Below, one piece after another: positions 1 to 11,152 of a stretch of DNA of 64,000 nucleotides; the stretch's first letter is position 1; each line of letters opens with the position of its first letter. The notes under the pieces are model-generated. The model saw only the letters and a program-made list of their open reading frames with translations. It was not told the origin of the DNA and did not search any database. Origin of the DNA: a virus; the IMG/VR virus record IMGVR_UViG_3300024294_000597. One strand, written 5' to 3'. A program made the position numbers and the translations under genes.

Positions 1-706
1 TGTAGTTAAAAAGATTGCAGAGATAGAAGGGATACCAGCGGCGGACCCTTCATTAAAATTAAAAACAGATTCTACAGACATAGAAATAGACAAACTAAAT
101 GCATTACATTTATATTTTGAAGATGTGTCTAATGATCCTGTAATAACTAAAAGGGAAGATTACACCGCCGGCGATATATACAAATACCTAGAAGAAATTA
201 ACCAATTAGTTCACTCAATGGAAGATTGGAAATACCAAGATTGGGATGAATTTTTTGGAACATGCAGACTAGCTCCTAGACGCGGCGCTATGGCTTCTGA
301 ATTGACAGTACCACTAGATGCAGAAGACTATAAGAAGTTTACATGCGAAGCGTGGTATGGGGATTTAATGCTAGACTATTTTAGAGTTGGAAAAGATTTA
401 GATGCATGTAGGTCAACAAATGATACTGCATTAGTAAAAAATAAAGGACTGGCTCAGCAAAATACAGTACACACCTGTTTCTCATTTCAGTTTCATAATT
501 TTTTAGATGGAACACAAACAGGGTGGTTAGGTATTGATGACTGGATTAAAAATAATAACCTAGAGAAGTACTATGATTTTACTGCACCCGAATTTACTAA
601 TGGAAGAGTATGTTTAGGTAAATTAAATATGCAAGGTAAAACAAGAGAAGAAATTACATCTGAAATGATGAAAGCTACAAGTATATTAAATGTGGAATTA
701 GCATGA
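1..706 (+). CDS. Hypothetical protein, 5'-truncated by window
   Basis: Frame of the 125..706 ORF is open from position 2 (VVKKIAEIEG...LNALHLYFED), so the true start lies upstream. Confidence 0.75.
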   Translation, partial: VVKKIAEIEGIPAADPSLKLKTDSTDIEIDKLNALHLYFEDVSNDPVITKREDYTAGDIYKYLEEINQLVHSMEDWKYQDWDEFFGTCRLAPRRGAMASELTVPLDAEDYKKFTCEAWYGDLMLDYFRVGKDLDACRSTNDTALVKNKGLAQQNTVHTCFSFQFHNFLDGTQTGWLGIDDWIKNNNLEKYYDFTAPEFTNGRVCLGKLNMQGKTREEITSEMMKATSILNVELA

Positions 707-734
707 CAAATATTAAACAATTAGGATAGATATT

Positions 735-1922
735 ATGAGTGAAACTTTTTGCCCATTATTATTTCAACATCTTGCTACGCATCCGCATGGAGGCGTGACA
801 CATTGTTGTGTTGCAGACCATCGTAATTCATTGAGTAGTTCACGTGATGGTGATAGATTTTATAATCTTAATCGTGACACTGTATTCGATACTATGAATA
901 GCGAAAGCTATAGGAAAGCAAGATTAGAAGTACTAGATGGCAAAAAACCTAAAGCATGTATGCGTTGTTATTCAGAAGAAGCTAAAGGTATGGCTTCTAA
1001 AAGATTAGAAGAAATAAAGAACTATCCTGAGTATACTGTGGGAGTTGCTAGGGACGCCACTGAGAGCGACGGCTCAATGAAAGACGTTCAGCTTGAGTTC
1101 GTTGAGTTAAGATTAGGTAATGTTTGCAATGTTGCGTGTCGTACTTGTAATCCTGCTTCTAGTAGCAAATGGCGAAATGATTATGATAAATTACAAAAGA
1201 AAACGACATTTACTCTTACTACATATGATACAATGGAAGGATTCAGATGGCCTGAACGTGAAGGATTTTGGGATGACTTGTTACAACATTGTGATAACGT
1301 AAAGACATTCTACATCAATGGTGGTGAACCAACACTTATTAAAGAACATTTTAGATTTTTAGAAAGACTAGTAGAGTTAGGCAAGACTGACATTAAACTG
1401 TGGTATAACATAAACATGACAAACATGAATGATAAAGTCATAGACTTGTGGAAAAAGTTTGACCATGTAAAAGTAAGTTGCAGTATAGATGATTTGGGTG
1501 ATAGAAATCATTATATAAGATACCCTACAAAATGGAATGATGTTGAAAAGAACTTCTTAAGATTAAAGAAAGAAGGCTTTGAGATTGATGTAACACAGAC
1601 TGTATCATGGATGAACTATAGCACTCTAGGTGATTTTTATAACTTCTTCCATAGAGAACATGGGGTATGGGTTCATCATAATTATGTATATGATCCTGAT
1701 ATATTATCTCCAGCAGTATTGCCCAAAGCAATGCGTGATGCGATACATAATAAGTTTTCTAATGTATTTGATGATTGGAAAATGCAAGAATTTAAGAAAA
1801 TGTTTGGAGGACCAGACAACCCAGCCAAATGGGAAAAAGCAAAAGAGTATACTAGAAATCTTGATGAGATTAGAGAACAGAATATACTAGACTTCTTACC
1901 GGAGTTTGAAGGACATTTTTAA
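735..1922 (+). CDS. Radical SAM protein with N-terminal SPASM/twitch-like Cys domain (type A)
   Basis: LRLGNVCNVACRTC (CxxxCxxC), GGEP, N-terminal FC..CC..CxxC. Confidence 0.9.
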   Translation: MSETFCPLLFQHLATHPHGGVTHCCVADHRNSLSSSRDGDRFYNLNRDTVFDTMNSESYRKARLEVLDGKKPKACMRCYSEEAKGMASKRLEEIKNYPEYTVGVARDATESDGSMKDVQLEFVELRLGNVCNVACRTCNPASSSKWRNDYDKLQKKTTFTLTTYDTMEGFRWPEREGFWDDLLQHCDNVKTFYINGGEPTLIKEHFRFLERLVELGKTDIKLWYNINMTNMNDKVIDLWKKFDHVKVSCSIDDLGDRNHYIRYPTKWNDVEKNFLRLKKEGFEIDVTQTVSWMNYSTLGDFYNFFHREHGVWVHHNYVYDPDILSPAVLPKAMRDAIHNKFSNVFDDWKMQEFKKMFGGPDNPAKWEKAKEYTRNLDEIREQNILDFLPEFEGHF

Positions 1923-3118
1923 TGTATAGATATGATTTAATAAAAAATATACATTTAGAAGTAAGCAGTCTGTGTAATGCAGAATGTTCTATATGCAATC
2001 GGCGTGTGAACGGTGGACCAAAGAACCCAACAATGATTGAAAGATTTATTAGTTTAAAAGAATACAAAGAGTGGTTTGATGCTGACCTAATAAAACAGTT
2101 AGAGTCGATAACTTTGTGTGGCAACTACGGCGATCCAATGACCAATCCAGAGTTAATTCCAATAATGAGATATACAAAAGAATTAAATCCGGATATTACT
2201 TTTCATATGAATACAAACGCCAGCGGCAGAGATAAACAGTTTTGGACAGACTTAGCAGATGTTATAGGAAAATCAGGAAATGTTGTTTTCAGTGTTGACG
2301 GATTAGAAGATACAAACCATATATACAGAAAAGGTACAAACTGGAAAAAAATAATGAATGCTATGGAATGGTTTACTGCGGAGAACAAATCACATGCAGT
2401 ATGGGAATTCTTAGTATTCAAACACAATCAACACCAGATACAAGAAGCAAGATTACTTTCTGAGAGTTTGGGCTTTACAAGTTTTCATGCCAAAAAAGCT
2501 ATGGGATTTTCTGACAAACATGGTTTAGAAATGAAATCTCTTAAACATGATGGCACACTTGACTATTATATGCAGGCACCAGACGATGAATGGAGAAATG
2601 AAAAAGTAAAGAAAAAACAAATTGTTAGAAAACACGGTGCATCTCCGGCAGTAATTACTAAAAAAACATTATCATTTATGTTTGACCATACTCGTACTCC
2701 TGTTATCGATGAAGACCCAAAAGAACTAGAAGGATATGATAATTGTAAAATCAACTGTACAGCAATACGTTGGTCTGGCAAAGACCTAAGAAGTATATTC
2801 GTTGCGTCAACTGGATTAGTATTCCCTTGTTGTTTTACAGCAAGTAAATATTATGGAGTAGGGGTATTTGAAACGTTGCAACTGAGAAATTTTATAAAAG
2901 AATATGGTGAAGAAACAATAGACCTATCAAAAGGCAATACAGTAAAAAGCATTACAGATAGTGAACTATTTCAAATTGGATACAATAAAAGTTGGCTTAA
3001 GTCTACAACCGAATTAGGAAAGCTATTGACATGTAGTAAATTTTGTGGATCAAATGTAAACACTGAAATTCTTAGCACGAAAAAAAGTGTACAGAGAAGC
3101 GGAGAATACAATGTATAA
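1922..3118 (+). CDS. Radical SAM protein with C-terminal SPASM-like Cys cluster (type B)
   Basis: CNAECSIC, CGNYGDP, VDGLEDTNHIYR, C-terminal PCC...CxxxC. Confidence 0.9.
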   Translation: MYRYDLIKNIHLEVSSLCNAECSICNRRVNGGPKNPTMIERFISLKEYKEWFDADLIKQLESITLCGNYGDPMTNPELIPIMRYTKELNPDITFHMNTNASGRDKQFWTDLADVIGKSGNVVFSVDGLEDTNHIYRKGTNWKKIMNAMEWFTAENKSHAVWEFLVFKHNQHQIQEARLLSESLGFTSFHAKKAMGFSDKHGLEMKSLKHDGTLDYYMQAPDDEWRNEKVKKKQIVRKHGASPAVITKKTLSFMFDHTRTPVIDEDPKELEGYDNCKINCTAIRWSGKDLRSIFVASTGLVFPCCFTASKYYGVGVFETLQLRNFIKEYGEETIDLSKGNTVKSITDSELFQIGYNKSWLKSTTELGKLLTCSKFCGSNVNTEILSTKKSVQRSGEYNV

Positions 3119-4340
3119 GCATGATGAAATACTTCATTTAGATTTTGAAAGTAGTAGCCTGTGCAATGCTCTCTGTCCTGTATGCAACCGCAGAGAACAG
3201 GGTGGGAAAAAGAACCCAAGATACAAAGAGACTTATATTTCATTAGAACAATTTAAGAAGTATTTTAGTGTAAAATTCTTAACACAGTTATATGGCATGT
3301 CTTTGTGTGGTAACTACGGTGACGCTATGACTAATCCAGAACTAATTGATATTCTAAAGTATACAAAATCTATAAATCCTAATATTAGAATTACAATGAA
3401 TTCAAATGCTAGTGGTCGTAACGCAACCTTCTGGTACGAATTAGGACAGATAATCGGAACTAATGGACACATGACATTTAGTGTTGATGGACTTGAGGAT
3501 ACAAATTGGATATATCGTAGAGGAACTCATTGGAATAAAATTATGACTGCTATGGAAAACTATATCGCTGGTGGTGGCCATGCTAGATGGGAATTCTTAG
3601 TATTCAAACATAATCAGCATCAAATAGAAGAGGCAAAGATATTAGCAAAAAAAATAGGCATACAAGATTTCTTTTCAAAGAAAGCATTGGGATTTGTTGA
3701 CAGTGTGGTCGAAGGAAATGCACAATCATCTTTAGCAGTATTTAATGAAAGCGGAACAAAGGACTATGAATTGCATCCTCCATCTGATGGTAACTCTAAT
3801 GAAATCATTAATAAATATATTAAACAATCATCATTTAAACGAATCGACGGCGAAGACACAGACAGTCCAGAAAAGATTTTACAAACAATTCGATTTGCTA
3901 AAACAAACCCATCGGGTGAGTATACACACAAATATGAATTAGATGAAAACAGACCACTAACTGAACACGAAAAGAAGTTAGGAAATACAAGAATAGATTG
4001 TATGGTTATCAAGCCTAAAAGTATTTTCGTGTCTAGTGAAGGATTAGTTTTCCCATGTTGTATGACTGCTAGTAAACTATATGCATTCCCAGATGAGGAA
4101 ACTGTGCAGTTACAAAAATTTATAGATGACTTTGGTAAGGAAAGAATAAGTTTAGAACATACTAAACTAGAAGACATAATTAATGGTCCAATGTTTCAAA
4201 CGCACTGGCCTGATAATTGGAAAGATAATAATATCAATAATAAAAGATTGAGAACGTGTTCAATCTTTTGTGGTAAAGATACTAATCAAGAATTCAATGC
4301 AACCATGAAAAGTATTAAGAAGAAAGAAAGCTATGCATAG
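3111..4340 (+). CDS. Radical SAM protein (type B), tandem paralog of 1922..3118
   Basis: CNALCPVC, CGNYGD, VDGLEDTN, PCC; start moved to ATG 3111 by alignment with paralog (MYKHDEILHL). Confidence 0.9.
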   Translation: MYKHDEILHLDFESSSLCNALCPVCNRREQGGKKNPRYKETYISLEQFKKYFSVKFLTQLYGMSLCGNYGDAMTNPELIDILKYTKSINPNIRITMNSNASGRNATFWYELGQIIGTNGHMTFSVDGLEDTNWIYRRGTHWNKIMTAMENYIAGGGHARWEFLVFKHNQHQIEEAKILAKKIGIQDFFSKKALGFVDSVVEGNAQSSLAVFNESGTKDYELHPPSDGNSNEIINKYIKQSSFKRIDGEDTDSPEKILQTIRFAKTNPSGEYTHKYELDENRPLTEHEKKLGNTRIDCMVIKPKSIFVSSEGLVFPCCMTASKLYAFPDEETVQLQKFIDDFGKERISLEHTKLEDIINGPMFQTHWPDNWKDNNINNKRLRTCSIFCGKDTNQEFNATMKSIKKKESYA

Positions 4341-6975
4341 AATGTTTTACAATAAGTGGACAACTGTCCGTTCTGATAGAATTCAACAGATACACACAGA
4401 GCCACAACACTATGACCTATATCAAAACTTTGTTGATGAGTTACACCCTGACGTAAGATTTGAAAAGTATTATTTTATTTCTCCATGGATTGCATGTATG
4501 TGGGCAGAGGAGCATGGCAACTATCTTACGCACACAGATAATCTAATTGAAGATGTTATCAAAGACAAATCTATAACGAAAGATTTAGAAGATGGGATTG
4601 CTTGTATTGTATTTGATATGGGTGCAGAATTTATACCACTGGACTATTATTATAAAATAGATAAATTTTATTCTAATAAAAAGAATCACAAAAATGTTAA
4701 GTATTGGACTATGTTTGAAAACTCTGCAAAGCTAATAAAAGATGGCACAGTTCAATGTATTACAGTTTCCACAAGTACTTTGAGGTTTGCTGATTATGAA
4801 AAGGGAAAAATAAAAACAGATACATCACATTATAAAGATATATCAAAGAAACATTTACTGTTTCTTAATAAAAGAATTAGACCTCATCGTCTTGATGTCC
4901 TTGCCAAGTTTATTGAGAAAGATTGCAACTTGCATAAAAATTCCTACTTTAGTTTACTAGGTGAAGAATTTGATGGAGATAAAAATAATCCGTTATATCT
5001 AGGAGACGTTGCGGCTATCAAAAATTGTAATAGTACAAAAGACATACATGAAGAAATAGTTAATAGATATTTAGGTAATAAATTACCATATAGTATAGAA
5101 ACCGGAAGAGACGATTGGTTATCAGGATCGAACCTTAATAGAATAGAAGAACTAGAAATATACAGAAGAAGGACATATGTAGAAGTAATTACAGAGTTTA
5201 CTGCTAGTGATGAGTTTGTTTCATTAAGTGAAAAAATTTCACAGGCGATAATATCGCACCAGCCATTTATTATAGTAGGAGATAAAGGATATCTTGCACA
5301 ACTAAAAAATCTTGGGTTCAAAACATTTGATACTTTTTGGGACGAGAAATATGATGAGTTGCCTTACAATGAACGAATAGAAGAAATCTCAAATGTAGTC
5401 AAAGGCATTGTTGACAATGTACAGATAATTCGCGGTAAGACAGAGTTTACATATTCTAAGAAAATGCAAGAGGTGTTAGATTTTAATTATCATCATTATA
5501 AAAATCAATATGCTCCTAGAGTATACAACGATGCATTTCAAAGTATTAGTGTAGGAGATTATGTTCCGCAAATACAAATTGATCCAACAGATGCACACGG
5601 ACGAAATGTGTTTGATGATGACTCACGTATGAGAGGATATGTTTGGTATAATGAAAATACTAATACACTAATTCAACCAATATCAGGATGCTTAGAAAAT
5701 GAGATAGAAGAAATCATTGCACCTAATTTGGGATATAGATTGCGTAGAAGGGATGAGTTGCCAGATATCTCTAATATTCCAGCAATTATATTTACCAGAA
5801 GACCTGACAAGAGACTATCTGCATATTTGAAAAAAACAGGTAAGAAACTAGAAGAAGTCAAATTACTATCACAATCTGCATATCATTATGAATTAAATTG
5901 TAAATGTGTAATTGATATAGATAATATGAGTGGTACTGGTAATTATAAAAGAACATTAGATTGGATTGAAGATTTTGGACAGCGTGATATTGCCAGACGC
6001 ATTTGCGAGTTGTTAGAGACAGTTGAAGTAAAGACTCCTGCTAAGTTGACTAAAAAGCAAATGAAATATTGCGATGAGAATTACGAATGGGATTGGCATA
6101 TGTATAATGAGTGGGGTTCTTGGCGTTTTAGAAAACCACACAATATATCCAGAATTGGGGTTGAATTCGGAAAGTACATTGATACTTTTACTGATGTATA
6201 TAAAAAAGAATTCAAAAAGATAACAAAAAATTCTGTATCTCATAGAGAGTATTTCAAAGGCTCGTTAGTTCCGGGTTATTGGGCTAACCATTCTATGATA
6301 CTTGATAACATCGGACTTAACTATGCACCAAAAGATATTAAGATACTTGATGTGGGCACTCACTTTGGTTTTATGCCACACTTTCTAAAAAGCCAAGGTT
6401 ATACCAATGTACATTCGACCAATTCATATAAAGAAGCAGGTGATTCGATAGATGAACTTAAAGAGATTTGGAAGACGTTGGATATTAAACCTCCAGCAGA
6501 TGTACACATTTATCCATGTAGAGACTTTGATTTGTTGAATAATATTAATAATTGTTACGGAAAAGACTTTAATCCTAACGAGAAATATGATATAATATTA
6601 ATTAACATGTCAAATATATTTTGGAAAACTGATAAAATAATTAGACTACATGATGGAAATCTGTCACAGTCTTGGGAAATACGTGATAAGAACGATAGCC
6701 CAAATACTTTCTTTGCACCGTATGAAAGCCACGATATCATGTCATTTATAGAATGCATTAAGAAATTCCTTAACATGGGAGGCATAGCAGTAGTTCAACC
6801 TTACCCATGGGCTTACACAGATTTCGAAGGCTTTGTGGAAGAAAAGAATTTACTGATGCATTGGCAAAATCCTCATAGAGGACATGAGGCACCAAAGTCA
6901 ACTGCACATTCTCCCAACGCATCTGTTAATGATTATTTTATTGTACAAAAGGAGATAACAGATGGACGAGATTAA
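4333..6975 (+). CDS. Multidomain protein: putative glycosyltransferase-like N-terminus, C-terminal class I SAM methyltransferase
   Basis: N-terminal LNKRIRPHR/ITE..SEK..PFIIVG..LGFKTF..DE.YD pattern; C-terminal KILDVGTHFG SAM motif I. Confidence 0.55.
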   Translation: MHRMFYNKWTTVRSDRIQQIHTEPQHYDLYQNFVDELHPDVRFEKYYFISPWIACMWAEEHGNYLTHTDNLIEDVIKDKSITKDLEDGIACIVFDMGAEFIPLDYYYKIDKFYSNKKNHKNVKYWTMFENSAKLIKDGTVQCITVSTSTLRFADYEKGKIKTDTSHYKDISKKHLLFLNKRIRPHRLDVLAKFIEKDCNLHKNSYFSLLGEEFDGDKNNPLYLGDVAAIKNCNSTKDIHEEIVNRYLGNKLPYSIETGRDDWLSGSNLNRIEELEIYRRRTYVEVITEFTASDEFVSLSEKISQAIISHQPFIIVGDKGYLAQLKNLGFKTFDTFWDEKYDELPYNERIEEISNVVKGIVDNVQIIRGKTEFTYSKKMQEVLDFNYHHYKNQYAPRVYNDAFQSISVGDYVPQIQIDPTDAHGRNVFDDDSRMRGYVWYNENTNTLIQPISGCLENEIEEIIAPNLGYRLRRRDELPDISNIPAIIFTRRPDKRLSAYLKKTGKKLEEVKLLSQSAYHYELNCKCVIDIDNMSGTGNYKRTLDWIEDFGQRDIARRICELLETVEVKTPAKLTKKQMKYCDENYEWDWHMYNEWGSWRFRKPHNISRIGVEFGKYIDTFTDVYKKEFKKITKNSVSHREYFKGSLVPGYWANHSMILDNIGLNYAPKDIKILDVGTHFGFMPHFLKSQGYTNVHSTNSYKEAGDSIDELKEIWKTLDIKPPADVHIYPCRDFDLLNNINNCYGKDFNPNEKYDIILINMSNIFWKTDKIIRLHDGNLSQSWEIRDKNDSPNTFFAPYESHDIMSFIECIKKFLNMGGIAVVQPYPWAYTDFEGFVEEKNLLMHWQNPHRGHEAPKSTAHSPNASVNDYFIVQKEITDGRD

Positions 6976-7348
6976 AGAAGAAATAACAAATCAATTTGAG
7001 CATAGCCAGATGACCAAGGCAGGAAAACTTGCTATGGAACTAGGTGCAGAAAAGAAAAGATTAAAAAAAGAATTAGCAGAACTACAGACAGAAGTAGAAG
7101 ACTTAACTCCTACTACGCCAGTCGGAACAGTTGACTGGTATATCAAATGGGCGGCCATGGCATTGGCAGTGTCTGGTGTATTTCTAATGAGTGCGGGACT
7201 AATATTTTGGGGACAAGTTGCATATATTATTAGTAGCATAGGATGGGTAGCAGTAGGTATGGCATGGGGAGATAGAGCGATTATGATAGGTAGTGCTATC
7301 ACTGGTACCGCAGTTATGATGAATTTCGTGCAGGGATATATAGTATGA
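6962..7348 (+). CDS. Small membrane protein with N-terminal coiled coil
   Basis: About three hydrophobic segments after DWYIKW; overlapping operon context. Confidence 0.7.
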   Translation: MDEIKEEITNQFEHSQMTKAGKLAMELGAEKKRLKKELAELQTEVEDLTPTTPVGTVDWYIKWAAMALAVSGVFLMSAGLIFWGQVAYIISSIGWVAVGMAWGDRAIMIGSAITGTAVMMNFVQGYIV

Positions 7349-8235
7349 AATATTATATAGCAGGAGACAGAGGACTTGTCGGTACTTGGTATAAGAAACT
7401 TATAACTGATGCAGATGGAGGTAACACCCAGACTGCAAATTATAGTTCACGCATATCTACTAAACAAGATATACAAATGCGAAAGCCCACACACGTAATT
7501 ATAAATGCGGCTACTGTTGGTGGCCTGCAAGAAGACTTAGACAAGAGTTTTGAATTAATGATTAAGAACTTAACAATTCAAAATAACTTATTTGAAGCAT
7601 GTCGTTTCGCAAGAACAGACAGAGTACTACTACAAGGAAGCACATGTAGTTATCCAGAGATTGGCGAACAACCCTATAATGAAACTCAGTTACTACAAGG
7701 CGAACCTTTCGCTACATACTTTCCTACTGCATTACCTAAACTCATGGGTATGTATCAATGTAGAGCAAGTAATGAAAAGTACAATACTAATTGGCGTACA
7801 GCAATAAACACAAATATGTTCGGACCGCATGATAGGACAGGAGAACATGCACACGTAATAGGTGCGTTGATGCAAAAGTTTGTAGACGCATGTAAAAGCA
7901 ATGCAGACAGTATTGAGATATGGGGTTCTGGAAATCAAAGTAGAGATATACTTTACATTGAAGACGCAGTTGCGGCCATGGATATAATATTAAATAATGA
8001 CAAGTATGATACAGTCAACGTAGCAAGTGGCTATGAAATTTCTATCAGAGAAATAGCTGAACTATTAATTAAAGTCAGTGGTTACAAAGGTAATCTTTGG
8101 TTCAATACGGATAGACCTGAAGGAATTAAGAATAGAGCGATAGATAATTCTCGCTTAAAGGAATTAGGTTGGAAGCCAGAGTATAGTATGGAAGAAGCAT
8201 TTGCTAAAACATACAAGTGGTATTATGACTTATAA
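7345..8235 (+). CDS. GDP-L-fucose synthase-like NAD-dependent epimerase/reductase
   Basis: IAGDRGLVG, AATVGG, STCSYP, NMFGPHD, IWGSG..SRD motifs of the Fcl/WcaG family. Confidence 0.8.
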   Translation: MKYYIAGDRGLVGTWYKKLITDADGGNTQTANYSSRISTKQDIQMRKPTHVIINAATVGGLQEDLDKSFELMIKNLTIQNNLFEACRFARTDRVLLQGSTCSYPEIGEQPYNETQLLQGEPFATYFPTALPKLMGMYQCRASNEKYNTNWRTAINTNMFGPHDRTGEHAHVIGALMQKFVDACKSNADSIEIWGSGNQSRDILYIEDAVAAMDIILNNDKYDTVNVASGYEISIREIAELLIKVSGYKGNLWFNTDRPEGIKNRAIDNSRLKELGWKPEYSMEEAFAKTYKWYYDL

Positions 8236-9214
8236 TTATCAGTCTCAAACAAAAACAGATATACCAATACAAAGTTTTGATAATGATTTTGTTTATACTG
8301 GTCCTAGTTGGGCTGTACAAAGTTATTCATCTCCATTAGGAGATAAAAGTGATGAGCCAAACATAAACATAGGTGATATGTTTGCAAAAGAATTTAAACA
8401 TAGTCTAGGAACACACAACCATGCATGGTTGCCTAGACATGGCAACAGTAATACAAAATGTGTACTAGAAATAAAAAAATGGCAAAAGAGAAAAGAGTAT
8501 GGAGTTGAACCATTCAGTGGACCAGTAATATGGGTCTTGTGCGATCCGTTAGCTAGATTATATTTTGATCCTGAGACAGGCCAACAGACATGGCCATTAT
8601 ATAAGAAAGAAACAATACTTTATAAATCAATCACGTATAATAAATTTATTGAAAACTTACTTTGCAGTAATGATTGGCTATCGTACAGACATCAACTATT
8701 ACATATGGATTTAAAAGAAATGAATGAATTAAACATGCCTATAGGAATTATAGGATCTCATTCAGATATTACATATGTAGATGTTGAACCATATGAAAAT
8801 CTTACAGTCATAGAACCTAGTTGGCAAAATGTATTATGTGAACATGCAGGCATTAAAGGCATGTCTCCTAATCTAGGCGCAGACTTTGTACATCAAACAA
8901 TAAAAGCATACGCAAGTGAAGACGAAATTCATGCCTATATAGAAAAACATAATATAGATAAATACAGATGGGCACTGAATGAAAAGGTTGGAAAACTCAT
9001 GGCAATGTTAATGTCACAAGTTTTTGACCCTAAGATAACGAAATTTGTTCATCCCAATGTTGTAGACTATGTACACGGTCAATATGATTGTTGGAAACAA
9101 TTAGAAGAAAAACAATTATTTAACTGGGTACACCCAAGTATTGAGGGCAATTTAGTTTTCTATGAGCATGTAAAATATAAGATGGAGAAATTTGTAAATG
9201 CTAACAAAAAATAG
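8225..9214 (+). CDS. Hypothetical protein, possible degenerate SGNH-fold
   Basis: Long ORF in operon; GPSW, GNSN, C-terminal HP; start moved to ATG 8225. Confidence 0.55.
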   Translation: MTYNYQSQTKTDIPIQSFDNDFVYTGPSWAVQSYSSPLGDKSDEPNINIGDMFAKEFKHSLGTHNHAWLPRHGNSNTKCVLEIKKWQKRKEYGVEPFSGPVIWVLCDPLARLYFDPETGQQTWPLYKKETILYKSITYNKFIENLLCSNDWLSYRHQLLHMDLKEMNELNMPIGIIGSHSDITYVDVEPYENLTVIEPSWQNVLCEHAGIKGMSPNLGADFVHQTIKAYASEDEIHAYIEKHNIDKYRWALNEKVGKLMAMLMSQVFDPKITKFVHPNVVDYVHGQYDCWKQLEEKQLFNWVHPSIEGNLVFYEHVKYKMEKFVNANKK

Positions 9215-10271
9215 TCATATGAACCCAGTGTATGGGAAAGAAGAAATAGAAAGCGTATACGACTATGTTAACTCTGGTGGTTGGATTATGGAACATACCA
9301 AAACTAGAGAGTTAGAATCTCTTATATGTGACTATACTGGCGCCAAGTATGCACACATGGTAACAAGTGCTACTACAGGTCTCCTGTGTGCTTCTATGAT
9401 AGCTAAAATACAGCCAGGAGAAAAGTTTGCCGTAAGTGCGTATACACAAGCGGCTACATGTAACGGCGCAATACTAATGGGAGGCATACCAGTGATAGTT
9501 GATGTTGACCCATTTAGCTACTGTATAAACTTCGATAAGATACCATCTGATTGTAGAGTTATATTTGTATCAGCAATCAATGGAAGATACCCAAAAGATG
9601 TTCAAGAACAAATCAAATCTTTAAGAGAAAGTGGTAGAGTCGTAATTGAAGACTCTGCACAAGCACTAGGTAGTAGAACAGTAAACGATATACACTGTGG
9701 TACTATGGGTGACATGGGCGTATTCAGTTTTGGAGCACCAAAGATTATTACTACAGGACAAGGTGGTTGCATCATTACTAATGATAAAGGTATTAGTGAT
9801 GAGATTGTAGCAATCAAAAACTTTGGCAGAACGGTCAAGGTTGGAGAAGTATATAATGTCATGGGTTCTAATTTTAAGTTTACAGATTTACAAGCATCTT
9901 TCGGTGTACCACAGATGAAGAAACTGCCATTTATTGTCGAGCATAAGAAACATTTGTTTAAGTGGTATCGTAAACATCTTAAGGGTGTAGTAGATTTTAT
10001 TCCTACAGATTTAGAATTTGCAACGCCAACGTATCCTGAAATATTAGTAAGCAAACGTGATGAACTTGTATTAGAATTACGAGAAGAAGGCATAGGATGC
10101 CGTGCAGTATATGATAGTCTATGTAATCAACCCTTTCATAAACAATGGAAAACCCCTACACCAATTGCAGACGAATTAGCAAGTAGAGGCCTACATTTAC
10201 CAGGTCAGTTTGATTTACGTGAAGAAGACGTAAAGAAGATTGCAAGTGTTATTAAAAATCACGCGGCGTGA
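9198..10271 (+). CDS. DegT/DnrJ/EryC1/StrS sugar aminotransferase
   Basis: IEDSAQALG, FSFGAPKIITTGQGG (PLP Lys), GSNFKFTDLQA. Confidence 0.92.
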   Translation: MLTKNSHMNPVYGKEEIESVYDYVNSGGWIMEHTKTRELESLICDYTGAKYAHMVTSATTGLLCASMIAKIQPGEKFAVSAYTQAATCNGAILMGGIPVIVDVDPFSYCINFDKIPSDCRVIFVSAINGRYPKDVQEQIKSLRESGRVVIEDSAQALGSRTVNDIHCGTMGDMGVFSFGAPKIITTGQGGCIITNDKGISDEIVAIKNFGRTVKVGEVYNVMGSNFKFTDLQASFGVPQMKKLPFIVEHKKHLFKWYRKHLKGVVDFIPTDLEFATPTYPEILVSKRDELVLELREEGIGCRAVYDSLCNQPFHKQWKTPTPIADELASRGLHLPGQFDLREEDVKKIASVIKNHAA

Positions 10272-11152
10272 TATAACTTAACTAAACTATCAATACCATC
10301 TTCAAGAGTTTCGGTAGCAGTGAATCCGATGTTTCTAATTTTTGAATAGTCAACAAAATAGTCTCTGCCATCTTTATCGTGAGATAATTCATCGTTAATA
10401 ATTAATTCATAATCGACTTTGCTTTTAATAATTTGTGCAATGTCTAACTTAGTATGATTTAATGTTTCATCACCGACATTCCATATCTCGCCTTTCATAA
10501 TATCGTATTTCTCTAACGCCCATCTGAATGAACGTGCCAAGTCGTTAATGCTTAAGAAAGTACGTTTGAAGTGCTTTTCAAATAAGACCAATTTCTTTTC
10601 AGCTATTGCTTTGTAAGTAAAGTCATTAACAAGTAAGTCTTGTCTTAATCTATTACTCACACCAAATGCAGTTGCTGGTCTTAGTATAACCGCATCAGTT
10701 CCTTCTAATTTCTTTTCACCATCAAGTTTGTAAACACTGTATGTACTGATTGGATTAGTCTCACATGTTTCGTCACATGTCTTGCCTAACTCACCGTATA
10801 CACTTCCTGTACTTGCATATACAAAAGGCTTATCAATAGAAGCATCAATAACTCTATTAGTTCCTTCTACATTAATTCTGTATGCTAAGTCTGGTTCACG
10901 TTCACATGCAGGATATCCTACAATGCCTGCTAGATGTATTACTGCATCTGCACTTTTTAGAATAGGCTCAACTGCTGGATCACAGATATCCATCTTATGT
11001 AGATGAAATCCTTTTCTATCTAAGATATTTAATATAGGTTGTACCCCATACTTTAACCAATCTATACAAATAACTTCATGTCCGTTATTCAGTAATTGTT
11101 CACTTAATCTACAACCAACATATCCTGCCCCGCCTGTTATTGCAATTTTCAT
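10259..11152 (-). CDS. NAD-dependent epimerase/dehydratase (extended SDR)
   Basis: ITGGAGYVG, HLAGIVG, YxxxK (YSVYK). Confidence 0.92.
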   Translation of the reverse strand: MKIAITGGAGYVGCRLSEQLLNNGHEVICIDWLKYGVQPILNILDRKGFHLHKMDICDPAVEPILKSADAVIHLAGIVGYPACEREPDLAYRINVEGTNRVIDASIDKPFVYASTGSVYGELGKTCDETCETNPISTYSVYKLDGEKKLEGTDAVILRPATAFGVSNRLRQDLLVNDFTYKAIAEKKLVLFEKHFKRTFLSINDLARSFRWALEKYDIMKGEIWNVGDETLNHTKLDIAQIIKSKVDYELIINDELSHDKDGRDYFVDYSKIRNIGFTATETLEDGIDSLVKLYHAA

